IMG/VR virus record: IMGVR_UViG_2574180019_000006
DNA from: a virus
Taxonomy: Duplodnaviria; Heunggongvirae; Uroviricota; Caudoviricetes
Reading direction: 5' to 3' (one strand)
Length of the DNA: 64,000 nucleotides
The position numbers were made by a program, and so were the translations under genes. This document shows positions 1-10,022 of this stretch, in pieces (position 1 is the first letter of the stretch; each line of letters starts with the position of its first letter). Under the pieces are notes generated by a model. It ran no database searches. It worked only from the letters and a program-made list of their open reading frames with translations, and was not told the DNA's origin.

Positions 1-282
1 CAAAGATAGCCTGCTCACCGCAATCTACATCAGACATGTAAAACGTGAGTTCGACCTCGAATACCACAGCGAAGAAGAGCTTAACCTTGTTGACCCACGT
101 CCAAAAGCTGGCGTCATAAGCATAAACGCAGCGCGTAAAAAGCCCACTGACGCGCTGTAACCCTCCAGATCGTATATTGGCGTAGATAGAATCTACGCCT
201 CCTCAAAATAGCTCTCATAGCGTTCTACAGTGATCCTGTCTTATTTTTAGTCATACAGACAAGCAAAGTTGCGCCACAATAA

Positions 283-302
283 ATAGGTATATACTTACTT
301 AT
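283..302. promoter_or_regulatory. Copy of recurrent intergenic palindrome (ataggtatatacttacttat), family TAGGTAAGTA..TACTTACCTA
   Basis: Near-palindromic 20-mer; same family seen at >=12 intergenic positions in window. Confidence 0.35.
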
Positions 303-414
303 AAATTTTGTATATTAAGGCGCTCGTTTCATTCATAACATACCGTTATGCATAGTTGTTTACCTTCTCATTGCTCTTAAAATTTGTATCAAAATAACCA
401 CAAAGGAAAAACAC

Positions 415-1500
415 ATGACTTTGCCATACGGCGTCATTTCTGACTGCCACTACCACAAATGGGATGCGTTCTCCACGACGAACGCAGAGGGACTTAACTC
501 CAGACTTGAAATACAGTTGGAAGCAACGAAAGAAGCAGCCATCGCCATGAAGAAGGCCGGTTGTAAGTACATGTTGGTTGCCGGTGATACATTTCACGTC
601 CGAGGAACTGTGTCCCCTTCTGTTTTGCATTACGTAACTGAAACGTACAAGTGGATTATCAACGAGCTTGATCTGACAGTAGTAATGCTGGCCGGTAATC
701 ACGATCTTGAAACCAACGATTCAGTATATAGCGCCAACGCAGCAGCATCGCTGAGTTCTATCGGCGTGGTAATCGTATGTGGCAAACGCCCACACTCAAT
801 AAAAATTGGTGATGTGACTGTCCACCTGATTAGCTGGCGTAACAATCATGCGGAGCTTATCAGCGATCTGAAAGCATTACGTAAGAGCGTAGAAGGTGAT
901 AATCATGACGTTGTTATCCATACATCCATTAACAAAGCCATTCCAACAATGCCTGACGTCGGTATCGATGCGCAGGAGTTAAAGGATATCGGCTTTCGTC
1001 TCGTGCTTAGTGGGCATTACCACAACCACAAAGAGGTCATTCCTGGAGTTATCAGTGTCGGTGCGCTGACCCATCAAAATTGGGGAGATGTTGGATCTCT
1101 GGCTGGTTACATGATCGTAAACCCGGACGGCAGTTTCAGTCACTACGAAACCAGTGCGCCTAAATTCATTAACCTGGAAGATTATGTTGCCGATGACCAA
1201 ATTCGCGGCAACTACGTGCGTTTCCGCGCCGTAATTGAGAACGATGAAGAAGGCATTAAGTACCAGAACATCCTCAAAACAATGGGTGCAAAAGGTGTCG
1301 TGTGCAACTTCATCCGTAAGTCATCAATGATGGAAGGGACAGCAAGCACAACGGAAACCAGCAAAATCGATAGCCTGGGAGAGTCGGTATCTGCTTATTG
1401 CAAGATTGTCCACGATACTGACGGCGGATTTGATCTGAGCAAGTTGGATATTTTGTGTCAGGAAATCCTCACCGAAGCGGAGAGTTCGGAGGCTGTGTGA
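415..1500 (+). CDS. SbcD/Mre11-family calcineurin-like phosphoesterase (DSB-processing nuclease subunit)
   Basis: Metallophosphatase motifs in order: DCHYH, GDTFH, GNHD, GHYH; immediately upstream of SbcC-like ATPase; RBS aaagga before ATG. Confidence 0.7.
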   Translation: MTLPYGVISDCHYHKWDAFSTTNAEGLNSRLEIQLEATKEAAIAMKKAGCKYMLVAGDTFHVRGTVSPSVLHYVTETYKWIINELDLTVVMLAGNHDLETNDSVYSANAAASLSSIGVVIVCGKRPHSIKIGDVTVHLISWRNNHAELISDLKALRKSVEGDNHDVVIHTSINKAIPTMPDVGIDAQELKDIGFRLVLSGHYHNHKEVIPGVISVGALTHQNWGDVGSLAGYMIVNPDGSFSHYETSAPKFINLEDYVADDQIRGNYVRFRAVIENDEEGIKYQNILKTMGAKGVVCNFIRKSSMMEGTASTTETSKIDSLGESVSAYCKIVHDTDGGFDLSKLDILCQEILTEAESSEAV

Positions 1501-1729
1501 GGCAAAGTCGTTATGGGAGCTTTCGAGACTTTGCCATCACGATGAAAAGACTTGAACGAGGCCAGACGGTGATGTTTCACAAGCCCTACCCGCCACAAGG
1601 AAATCCCGTAGCGTTTTATCTTGGAAGGTTAACCAGAAAAGGCGTATTGAGGCGCAGATCCTTCCCGGCGCATACGGAGTTCAGATTGAAAGAAGGTCAA
1701 AAGCTAACACACGGTATCAAAGGTGTTAT

Positions 1730-3646
1730 ATGAAGTTTTTAAAGCTCCAGGTTGAGAATTTTATGGCTATCGCCAGCGCGGAGGTCGAGTTAGATCAGCG
1801 TGGTTTAGTGCTCATTCAGGGTGTTAATAGTGATGATAGTTCCGCATCAAGTAATGGCTCTGGAAAGTCAACGCTAATGAATAGCCTGATGTGGTGTCTT
1901 TATGGCGAAACAGCTCATGGTGTGAAGGGTGACGATGTGTTGTCTACCGACCATGAAAAGAACTGTCGTGTTGCAGTAACCATCGAGGATGAAGGCAAGA
2001 GATATGCGATCATTCGTCACCGTAAACACAAAGAGTTCAAAAATCGGCTTATCGTTCGTGGTGAAGACGGCGATATGACGAAAGGCAAAGATGCGCTGAC
2101 GCAAGAGTTCGTCGAGCGTCTGATCGGTGCATCTAAAGAGGTTTTCATGGCTTCCATCTATGCGAGCCAAGAAGCTATGCCAGATTTACCTGGAATGTCC
2201 GACAAAAACCTCAAAACCATCGTAGAAGAAGCCGCTGGCGTTGACAGACTGACACGCGCCTACGCTATTGCTCGTGAGCGAGCTAATGCAGCTGCCGCAC
2301 GTATGGATGTGGTTAAAACCAAATTGGAGTCGACAATCTCGACCATTGAGGCAACACAGTCAGAAATTGAGTCAGCGAAAGCCTCCTCTGAATCATGGGA
2401 GCAAGAGCGTTCTAAACGTTATGACGATGCCCTGGCTGGGCTGGCCAGTGCCGAAGTTGAGTTAACGGAAGTTGAACTTGAGATCCGCACTCTTCCCGAA
2501 CAGATCCGTGATACCGAGAAGGCAATCGAAAGTGAGCGCAAAAAGTTAGCCTCAAAAGAAGAACATGACGCCAAGTTGCTCAAAGTTCGTGGTGCGATAA
2601 CTGATATTCGGGCAAGCATCAAAGCTACAGAAAATAGTCAGGCTGATGCAATGAGCCGCGCGCGTAATTTTAAGACCAAAGCAGAAGAGGTTGGTACTAA
2701 AGTGGGATCACCATGCCCTACTTGTGGCAAAGCCTACTGCGAAGAAGATCTATCAACGGTGAAGGAGAATTTCATTGAACAAGCACGTCAGGAAATTGGT
2801 CAGGCGAAGACACTTGCAGAGGCAATGGCTAAACACAAAACGAATCTTGAGAAAGCGTTAAGCATTGAGTCTGCCCTTGTTAAAACGACACCTGATGTAA
2901 CGGCTATCATTGCCCGGATTGAAGAGCTTACGAAACAACTCTCATCTTTGCGTCATCGTGAGAAGGAGGTTGTTGCTATTGAGTCTCTTGTGACTCGTGC
3001 TCGTACTGAGGTCGATCGTATATCAAAAGAGATTAATCCGTTTATTGCTCTTATCGCCAGACACGAAGATAACCTGGTATCCAGTAAGTCTACCTTCAAG
3101 TCCTTAAAAGATGAGTTGAAGGCTATTCAGGAACAAACGTTGCTATTGGAAAAAGCTCGTCAGGTCTACTCTCCTGCCGGGGTGCGTTCTCATATTTTGA
3201 CGTCTGTTACGCCTTTCCTGAATACACGCACTGCCGAGTATCTCAATACGTTGTCTGACGGGAATATTACTGCTGAGTGGTCGACGATGGATGTCACTAA
3301 AAAAGGTGAGTATCGCGACAAATTCAACATTAGTGTGCAGAAGAAAGGTTCAAGTAAGTCGTTCCAGACCCTCTCTGGTGGTGAGAAGCGGAAGGTTCGC
3401 ATTGCGTGTTCTTTGGCATTGCAGGATCTGGTTAGTAACCGGGCGAGTAAAAACATCGATTTGTTTATCGGCGACGAAATTGACGATGCACTCGATACAG
3501 CCGGTCTTGAACGCCTCATGGGTATTCTGGAGTCCAAAGCTCGCGAGCGAGGTACTGTGCTGATTATCTCCCATAAAGAGATGAAGTCATGGTTCCGGGA
3601 AACTATTACGCTGGAAGTTAAAGAGGGGCGCAGCTATGTCGTTTAA
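1730..3646 (+). CDS. SbcC/Rad50-family ATPase
   Basis: N-terminal Walker A GSGKST, long central coiled-coil with CPTCGKAYC zinc-hook-like CxxC, C-terminal ABC signature LSGGEKRKV and Walker B DEIDDALD; 638 aa. Confidence 0.75.
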   Translation: MKFLKLQVENFMAIASAEVELDQRGLVLIQGVNSDDSSASSNGSGKSTLMNSLMWCLYGETAHGVKGDDVLSTDHEKNCRVAVTIEDEGKRYAIIRHRKHKEFKNRLIVRGEDGDMTKGKDALTQEFVERLIGASKEVFMASIYASQEAMPDLPGMSDKNLKTIVEEAAGVDRLTRAYAIARERANAAAARMDVVKTKLESTISTIEATQSEIESAKASSESWEQERSKRYDDALAGLASAEVELTEVELEIRTLPEQIRDTEKAIESERKKLASKEEHDAKLLKVRGAITDIRASIKATENSQADAMSRARNFKTKAEEVGTKVGSPCPTCGKAYCEEDLSTVKENFIEQARQEIGQAKTLAEAMAKHKTNLEKALSIESALVKTTPDVTAIIARIEELTKQLSSLRHREKEVVAIESLVTRARTEVDRISKEINPFIALIARHEDNLVSSKSTFKSLKDELKAIQEQTLLLEKARQVYSPAGVRSHILTSVTPFLNTRTAEYLNTLSDGNITAEWSTMDVTKKGEYRDKFNISVQKKGSSKSFQTLSGGEKRKVRIACSLALQDLVSNRASKNIDLFIGDEIDDALDTAGLERLMGILESKARERGTVLIISHKEMKSWFRETITLEVKEGRSYVV

Positions 3647-4379
3647 ATTAAGCCGCTCGCAGTTTTTGCAGGTATTTGCAGTGATGCAGTCGATAAAACT
3701 GATCAATGGGCATACTTCCAATGGTGCGGCTCCACGTATTCTGTGGAGCAGCAACAATATTGACGGAGTACAATTCGCCGCGTTGCTTGGTCTAATATCC
3801 GAGACACCATTGATGCAAAGTTTGAAATCACTACCACCTGGATGTATTGCGCCGATCCTGATTAATCCTTTTGTTGAGGGGGGATATCTTCCCAACGTCG
3901 GGCCTGGGTTTATTGCATCCCATGAAACTGAAGATCTTAACATTAATAGCGAAGGGTTCTTTGGGGGAATGGGTGCGCATCACTGTATGGCTTTCACGAA
4001 CCTTATTCGACTTGCCAATAAGCGGGTGGATAGTTTGGCATCGCCAGGTGATGCTTTTACTGGTTTCCTTATCCAAAGGAGGGATAAAAAGTACAGTACG
4101 GACAAACTACAGTTTGTTGGTAAGTATGGAGAAATGGTAGAAATCGAACTTCAGCTCCCTCATGTTTTAGCAAACGATAGTGCAGACAGTCGGAGGCTGT
4201 TGGGCATCATGCGTCATTTCATAGCAAGTGGTGTTAAACATGCCGCAGATAAACGTGTCACGCAGGAAAATGAGTATTCAGACTTTGCAAACTATCCCCA
4301 ACCAACGTTGCAAACGGCAATAGTAGCCAATTCGTTGGAGGCGAGATTATTGGAAAACCCTATATGGGGAACATGGTAA
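3636..4379 (+). CDS. hypothetical protein (247 aa)
   Basis: ORF overlapping SbcC-like stop by 11 nt (operon-like coupling); no recognisable motif. Confidence 0.45.
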   Translation: MSFKLSRSQFLQVFAVMQSIKLINGHTSNGAAPRILWSSNNIDGVQFAALLGLISETPLMQSLKSLPPGCIAPILINPFVEGGYLPNVGPGFIASHETEDLNINSEGFFGGMGAHHCMAFTNLIRLANKRVDSLASPGDAFTGFLIQRRDKKYSTDKLQFVGKYGEMVEIELQLPHVLANDSADSRRLLGIMRHFIASGVKHAADKRVTQENEYSDFANYPQPTLQTAIVANSLEARLLENPIWGTW

Positions 4380-4388
4380 GGAGACTAT

Positions 4389-4958
4389 ATGAGTAAAAAA
4401 ATCAGCGTAGTTGGTGTTGATCCCTCAATGAGCAACTTTGGGCTTGCTGTGGGCACTTTAGACCTTGAGACGGACGAACTTGAGATTCACGGCCTTACTC
4501 TTGTTGAGACTAAAGCGGGGAGTAACAAAAAGACCGTTCGTGTGAACAGTGACGATCTGCGCCGAGCCAGTGAAATATGGCGTGTTGCGAAGCCAATCAT
4601 TGATAAGGCAAATATGGTTTTTTGTGAGCTACCGGTTGGGAGCCAAAACTCTCGTTCGCAGACGTCTTACGGTATTTGTATCGGTGTACTTGCGTGTGTG
4701 GATAAGCCATTGATCCAGGTTACTCCAAACGAAATCAAGCATTTTGTCGGCAATAAACTTACTACATCGAAAGAAGAGATTATCCAGTGGGCTACGAAAA
4801 AACACCCTAAAGCACCGTGGCTGCGTCGTAAGCAATCTGGACAGGATGTTCTCGTGAACAAAAACGAACATTTGGCTGATGCGGTGGCTGCCATCCATAC
4901 CGGTATGCAAACAGATCAGTTCCGCCAGGTGCGCGATGTTCTTAAGTCTCTCATTTGA
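4389..4958 (+). CDS. putative RuvC-like Holliday-junction resolvase
   Basis: N-terminus VVGVDPSMSNFGLAV resembles RuvC/A22-type resolvase motif I; strong RBS ggtaaggagac; adjacent to recombination nuclease genes. Confidence 0.4.
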   Translation: MSKKISVVGVDPSMSNFGLAVGTLDLETDELEIHGLTLVETKAGSNKKTVRVNSDDLRRASEIWRVAKPIIDKANMVFCELPVGSQNSRSQTSYGICIGVLACVDKPLIQVTPNEIKHFVGNKLTTSKEEIIQWATKKHPKAPWLRRKQSGQDVLVNKNEHLADAVAAIHTGMQTDQFRQVRDVLKSLI

Positions 4959-4965
4959 TTTCATT

Positions 4966-4986
4966 GATAGGTAAGTGCTTATCTAT
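4966..4986. promoter_or_regulatory. Intergenic palindrome gataggtaagtgcttatctat
   Basis: Member of recurrent palindromic element family, directly after stop of preceding gene. Confidence 0.35.
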
Positions 4987-4992
4987 TAACAT

Positions 4993-5022
4993 GGGCCACT
5001 ATATTTAGTGGCCCTCTTTATT
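4993..5022 (+). terminator. Rho-independent terminator-like hairpin
   Basis: gggccactatatttagtggccc stem-loop followed by tctttattt. Confidence 0.5.
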
Positions 5023-5031
5023 TGGTGATAC

Positions 5032-7347
5032 ATGATAAGCATCGTAAAACGTAACGGCCAAACAGAGCCGTTATCCGAAGAAAAATACAACCGCGTCGTA
5101 ATGTATGGCGTAGAAGGCATTCGTGGTGTAAGCGCATCCGCTGTAGCAATGGGAGCTGCGGCCAGCATTTTTGATGGGATGACCACCAGCCAGTTGCATG
5201 AGGCTTTGGTTAAATCTGCCGCTGATTTGATCTCACCAGAAGCACCAAATTACTCACAGGTGGCTGCCCGCCTGAACATTTTTAAAATCCGCAAAGATGC
5301 CTTCGGTCGTTACGACTATCCGAACTTCTACCAACACATTGTCAAGAACGTTAACAAGGGCGTTTATGACAAGGATTTGCTGACACATTATTCGTTTGAA
5401 GAGATCGAAGAACTCGGCAATTACATTAAGCCTAAACGTGACGATCTTTTTGGCTATGCAGCTACGGTGCAGTTGCAAAGCAAATACCTCGTTCAAAACC
5501 GTGTTACTGGTGAGATTCATGAGGGGCCGCAACATATCTATATGCTGGTAGGCATGTGTCTGTTCCAGAATTGGGAAGACGACTGCGCTGGCAAAACACG
5601 TATGGAGATGGTCAAAGGTTTCTATGACGTTACAAGTACGTTCAAACTGTCTCTGCCCACACCAATCATGGCCGGCGTCCGTACTCCTACCCGTCAGTTC
5701 TCCAGTTGTGTGCTGATTGAGTCTGGCGATAGTCTGAAAGGGATTAGTGCAGCTTCAGCCGCAATTATCGACTACGTTTCACGTCGTGCTGGAATTGGTA
5801 TTGGTTTTGGCCGTATCCGTGCGCTGGGCAGCGAGATCCGCAATGGTGAAGCCACCCATACCGGAGTTATTCCATTCCTGAAGCATTTCCAGACGGCTGT
5901 TAAATCTTGTTCGCAAGGTGGTGTTCGTGGTGGCGCAGCAACAGCGTTTTACCCGATCTGGCATCTTGAAGTTGAAAGTCTGCTGGTGGTGAAAAATAAC
6001 CGTGGTATTGATGAAAACCGCGTTCGCCATCTTGATTACGGCGTCATGAGTAACCGTCTAATGTACCGTCGACTCGTCAGAAGCGAGAACATCACTCTGT
6101 TCAGCCCGCATGATGTGCCTGATATGTACGAAGCCTTCTTCACAGACCAGGAGCTGTTTGAAAAGCTGTACCATAAATACGAAGCCGATGATTCAATTCG
6201 CAAGAAGTCAGTACCTGCCATTGAGCTGTTCTCATCTCTGATGCAGGAACGAGCGTCCACGGGCCGAATTTATATTGCGAACGTCGATCATATTAATGAG
6301 CATGGCGCTTTCATTCCTGCTCTTGCACCTGTCCGCCAGTCAAACCTGTGTATGGAGATCACCCTACCCACCCGTCCACTGGCATTTACCGACGACCCGA
6401 ACGGTGAGATCGCGCTATGCACTTTATCCGCTTTTAACCTCGGAGCCATCCGTTCACTGGAGTCTCTTAAAGAGGTGGCGTTCTATGCCGTTGCTGCACT
6501 GGATTCGTTACTGGATTATCAAGACTATCCGATGGAGGCAGCCGAAGTGCCTGCCAAAGCTCGTCGTAGCTTGGGAATTGGTGTAACCAACTTTGCTTAT
6601 TACCTGGCAAAGAATGGCGTTCGTTATTCTGATACCGCTGGCAATAAACTGGTGCATGAAACGTTCGAAGCTATCCAGTATTACCTTCTTGATGCCAGCT
6701 GCCGACTTGCTGAAGCAAAAGGTGAGTGTGACTGGTTTGAGCAGACCAAATACGCAATTGGTCAGTTGCCGATCGACCATTACCGTTCTTCATTAGACGA
6801 AAGTGGCGAAACCAACTTTGAGTTAAAGATGCCGTGGGAAGAACTGCGTGAACGTATTGCAAAATACGGCCTTCGCAACTCCACACTGACGGCACAAATG
6901 CCATGCGAGACTTCCAGCCAGATCACTAATTCCACCAACGGCATCGAACCGCCTCGTGGCCCGGTGTCGGTGAAATCTTCTAAGGACGGCATCGTTAAGA
7001 TGGTCGTGCCTGAGTTTGAAAAACTGAAGGAACAGTATGAATACCTGTGGGATATGCCGGACAACCGCGGCTATCTGACAAAGGTGGCGATCATCCAGAA
7101 GTTCTTTGACCAGGCTATTTCAGCCAATACCAACTATGACCCTTCTCGCTTTGAAGGCGATAAAGTCCCAATGATGACGCTACTGTCAGATTTGCTTCTC
7201 GCCTACAAGATGGGAGTTAAAACGCTTTACTACCACAACACCAGAGATGGTGCAGGAAAGCGTGATGACGACGAACCGCAGAATCCACTGGCGCAAGCTG
7301 TAGCCGTCGAGCCAGAAGATGAGTGCGACGGAGCCTGCAAAATCTGA
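5032..7347 (+). CDS. nrdA: Ribonucleotide reductase class Ia large subunit
   Basis: 771 aa; N-terminal ATP-cone-like VKRNGQTEPLSEEKY; C-terminal tail ...EDECDGACKI matches NrdA redox-active C-terminus; followed by nrdB. Confidence 0.9.
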   Translation: MISIVKRNGQTEPLSEEKYNRVVMYGVEGIRGVSASAVAMGAAASIFDGMTTSQLHEALVKSAADLISPEAPNYSQVAARLNIFKIRKDAFGRYDYPNFYQHIVKNVNKGVYDKDLLTHYSFEEIEELGNYIKPKRDDLFGYAATVQLQSKYLVQNRVTGEIHEGPQHIYMLVGMCLFQNWEDDCAGKTRMEMVKGFYDVTSTFKLSLPTPIMAGVRTPTRQFSSCVLIESGDSLKGISAASAAIIDYVSRRAGIGIGFGRIRALGSEIRNGEATHTGVIPFLKHFQTAVKSCSQGGVRGGAATAFYPIWHLEVESLLVVKNNRGIDENRVRHLDYGVMSNRLMYRRLVRSENITLFSPHDVPDMYEAFFTDQELFEKLYHKYEADDSIRKKSVPAIELFSSLMQERASTGRIYIANVDHINEHGAFIPALAPVRQSNLCMEITLPTRPLAFTDDPNGEIALCTLSAFNLGAIRSLESLKEVAFYAVAALDSLLDYQDYPMEAAEVPAKARRSLGIGVTNFAYYLAKNGVRYSDTAGNKLVHETFEAIQYYLLDASCRLAEAKGECDWFEQTKYAIGQLPIDHYRSSLDESGETNFELKMPWEELRERIAKYGLRNSTLTAQMPCETSSQITNSTNGIEPPRGPVSVKSSKDGIVKMVVPEFEKLKEQYEYLWDMPDNRGYLTKVAIIQKFFDQAISANTNYDPSRFEGDKVPMMTLLSDLLLAYKMGVKTLYYHNTRDGAGKRDDDEPQNPLAQAVAVEPEDECDGACKI

Positions 7348-7366
7348 CATATGGTGGGGGATATCC

Positions 7367-8705
7367 CATAAGCGCTAACTTAAGGGTTGTGGTATTACGC
7401 CTGATATGATTTAACGTGCCGATGAATTACTCTCACGATAACTGGTCAGCAATTCTGGCCCATATTGGTAAGCCCGAAGAACTGGATACTTCGGCACGTA
7501 ATGCCGGGGCTCTAACCCGCCGCCGCGAAATTCGTGATGCTGCAACTCTGCTACGTCTGGGGCTGGCTTACGGCCCCGGGGGGATGTCATTACGTGAAGT
7601 CACTGCATGGGCTCAGCTCCATGACGTTGCAACATTATCTGACGTGGCTCTCCTGAAGCGGCTGCGGAATGCCGCCGACTGGTTTGGCATACTTGCCGCA
7701 CAAACACTTGCTGTACGCGCCGCAGTTACGGGTTGTACAAGCGGAAAGAGATTGCGTCTTGTCGATGGAACAGCAATCAGTGCGCCCGGGGGCGGCAGCG
7801 CTGAATGGCGACTACATATGGGATATGATCCTCATACCTGTCAGTTCACTGATTTTGAGCTAACCGACAGCAGAGACGCTGAACGGCTGGACCGATTTGC
7901 GCAAACGGCAGACGAGATACGCATTGCTGACCGGGGATTCGGTTCGCGTCCCGAATGTATCCGCTCACTTGCTTTTGGAGAAGCTGATTATATCGTCCGG
8001 GTTCACTGGCGAGGATTGCGCTGGTTAACTGCAGAAGGAATGCGCTTTGACATGATGGGTTTTCTGCGCGGGCTGGATTGCGGTAAGAACGGTGAAACCA
8101 CTGTAATGATAGGCAATTCAGGTAATAAAAAAGCCGGAGCTCCCTTTCCGGCACGTCTCATTGCCGTATCACTTCCTCCCGAAAAAGCATTAATCAGTAA
8201 AACCCGACTGCTCAGCGAGAATCGTCGAAAAGGACGAGTAGTTCAGGCGGAAACGCTGGAAGCAGCGGGCCATGTGCTATTGCTAACATCATTACCGGAA
8301 GATGAATATTCAGCAGAGCAAGTGGCTGATTGTTACCGTCTGCGATGGCAAATTGAACTGGCTTTTAAGCGGCTCAAAAGTTTGCTGCACCTGGATGCTT
8401 TGCGTGCAAAGGAACCTGAACTCGCGAAAGCGTGGATATTTGCTAATCTACTCGCCGCATTTTTAATTGACGACATAATCCAGCCATCGCTGGATTTCCC
8501 CCCCAGAAGTGCCGGATCCGAAAAGAAGAACTAACTCGTTGTGGAGAATAACAAAAATGGTCATCTGGAGCTTACAGGTGGCCATTCGTGGGACAGTATC
8601 CCTGACAGCCTACAAAACGCAATTGAAGAACGCGAGGCATCGTCTTAACGAGGCACCGAGGCGTCGCATTCTTCAGATGGTTCAACCCTTAAGTTAGCGC
8701 TTATG
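7367..8705. mobile_element. IS186 (IS4 family) insertion sequence, ~1339 bp
   Basis: Terminal inverted repeats cataagcgctaacttaagggttg (7367-7389) and caacccttaagttagcgcttatg (8683-8705); flanked by 10-bp direct repeat ggggatatcc (7357-7366 and 8706-8715); encodes 372-aa transposase recognised as IS186. Confidence 0.85.
7416..8534 (+). CDS. insL: IS186 transposase
   Basis: 372-aa ORF filling the IS; N-terminus MNYSHDNWSAILAHIGKPEELDTSARNAGALTRRREIRD recalled as IS186 transposase. Confidence 0.85.
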   Translation: MPMNYSHDNWSAILAHIGKPEELDTSARNAGALTRRREIRDAATLLRLGLAYGPGGMSLREVTAWAQLHDVATLSDVALLKRLRNAADWFGILAAQTLAVRAAVTGCTSGKRLRLVDGTAISAPGGGSAEWRLHMGYDPHTCQFTDFELTDSRDAERLDRFAQTADEIRIADRGFGSRPECIRSLAFGEADYIVRVHWRGLRWLTAEGMRFDMMGFLRGLDCGKNGETTVMIGNSGNKKAGAPFPARLIAVSLPPEKALISKTRLLSENRRKGRVVQAETLEAAGHVLLLTSLPEDEYSAEQVADCYRLRWQIELAFKRLKSLLHLDALRAKEPELAKAWIFANLLAAFLIDDIIQPSLDFPPRSAGSEKKN

Positions 8706-8754
8706 GGGGATATCCCCACCTTCTCTTTGATTTGTAAGCCTTGTTTAAACACAT

Positions 8755-8775
8755 AAGATAACAACTTGTTTAAAC
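8755..8775. promoter_or_regulatory. Palindrome AAACAA-N-TTGTTT upstream of nrdB (operator or 5'-UTR hairpin)
   Basis: ataacaacttgtttaaac ~30 nt upstream of ATG; same motif recurs upstream of many ORFs. Confidence 0.4.
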
Positions 8776-8802
8776 GCACCAAAAAAGAAAAAGGAAAAAC
8801 AC

Positions 8803-9945
8803 ATGTCATATTCAACGTTCCGTTTGGGTGCTAATGATGCAACCAAAGAGCCTATGTTCCTCGGACAATCTGTCAACGTGGCACGTTACGATCAGCAAAA
8901 ATACCGTGATTTTGAAAAGTTGATTGAACGTCAATTGTCTTTCTTCTGGCGGCCGGAAGAAGTTGATATTTCGAGCGATCGTATCGACTTCAACACGAAG
9001 CTGCGGGACCACGAACGTCACATTTTTCTGAGCAATCTCCGTTATCAAACGTTACTCGATTCAGTTCAGGGACGTAGTCCAAATGCAACGCTGCTGCCGC
9101 TTATCTCTATTCCTGAACTGGAAACGTGGGTTGAAACGTGGTCTTTCTCTGAGACTATCCATAGCCGCAGCTACACCCACATTATTCGTGGCATGGTGGA
9201 CGATCCGAGCATTGTTTTTGACGGTATTGTTACGGATGAAGAAATCATCAACCGAGCGATCAGTATCTCTGCTGAATATGACAGGCTTTATGGGATGACC
9301 TGCGAGCGCCAGTCGTTAGGTGAGAAGGAATTTGAGCGTCTGTACGTAAATGAATATGGCTGGGAGCCATACCCTTTGCATCGTCAGCTTTTCCGCACGT
9401 TGGTGTCCATTAATGCGCTTGAGGCGATCCGTTTCTACGTAAGTTTTGCATGTACGTTTGCCTTTGGTGAACGGAAGTTGCTTGAGGGTAACACCAAAAT
9501 TATGCGCTTTATTGCCCGTGATGAAGCTCTGCATTGCGAAGGAACTGAACGCATGATCCGCTTCATGCGTACCGGTCGCGAAGGTTTATTGTGGAAAGAG
9601 ATTGCTGCTGATGAAGAAAACGTCATTTACGACACCATGAAATCAGTCGCCGAACAAGAAATGAACTGGGCAGACTATCTCTTCAAAGACGGTTCGATGA
9701 TTGGTTTAAACGCGGATATTCTCAAAACCTATGTAAAATACCGCACCAATCTGGCTATGAATCGTCTTGGCCTGAAGGCTTTATTTCCAGAAGTTACCAC
9801 TGATCCGCTGGTCTGGATGAACAAGTGGTTGTTAACCGACACACTGCAAATTGCACCACAAGAGGCAGAGCAAAGCACATATCTGGTAGGTCAGATCGAT
9901 TCTACCGTGGATAAGGCTTCTCTAAGCCAGTTTGCAGACCTGTAA
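8803..9945 (+). CDS. nrdB: Ribonucleotide reductase class Ia small subunit
   Basis: 380 aa; near-colinear with E. coli NrdB as recalled ([83 protein letters not shown]). Confidence 0.9.
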   Translation: MSYSTFRLGANDATKEPMFLGQSVNVARYDQQKYRDFEKLIERQLSFFWRPEEVDISSDRIDFNTKLRDHERHIFLSNLRYQTLLDSVQGRSPNATLLPLISIPELETWVETWSFSETIHSRSYTHIIRGMVDDPSIVFDGIVTDEEIINRAISISAEYDRLYGMTCERQSLGEKEFERLYVNEYGWEPYPLHRQLFRTLVSINALEAIRFYVSFACTFAFGERKLLEGNTKIMRFIARDEALHCEGTERMIRFMRTGREGLLWKEIAADEENVIYDTMKSVAEQEMNWADYLFKDGSMIGLNADILKTYVKYRTNLAMNRLGLKALFPEVTTDPLVWMNKWLLTDTLQIAPQEAEQSTYLVGQIDSTVDKASLSQFADL

Positions 9946-10022
9946 ACCGATACAAAGCATTATGTGGCCTGGCAACGCTGGGCCACAATGGATCACAAGA
10001 ATTAAGAAGGAGCAAAACTAGC

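Noticed and set aside
346-702. 118-aa minus-strand ORF
   Set aside because: Overlaps the start and conserved metallophosphatase motifs of the SbcD-like gene on the opposite strand. No RBS seen.
1455-1733. 92-aa ORF in the SbcD-SbcC intergenic gap
   Set aside because: Overlaps the SbcD 3' end in another frame, is Arg/Gly-rich and low-complexity, and has no RBS. The gap more likely holds regulatory sequence.
8509-8697. 62-aa ORF inside IS186
   Set aside because: Overlaps the end of the transposase gene and the right inverted repeat. Not a known IS186 gene.
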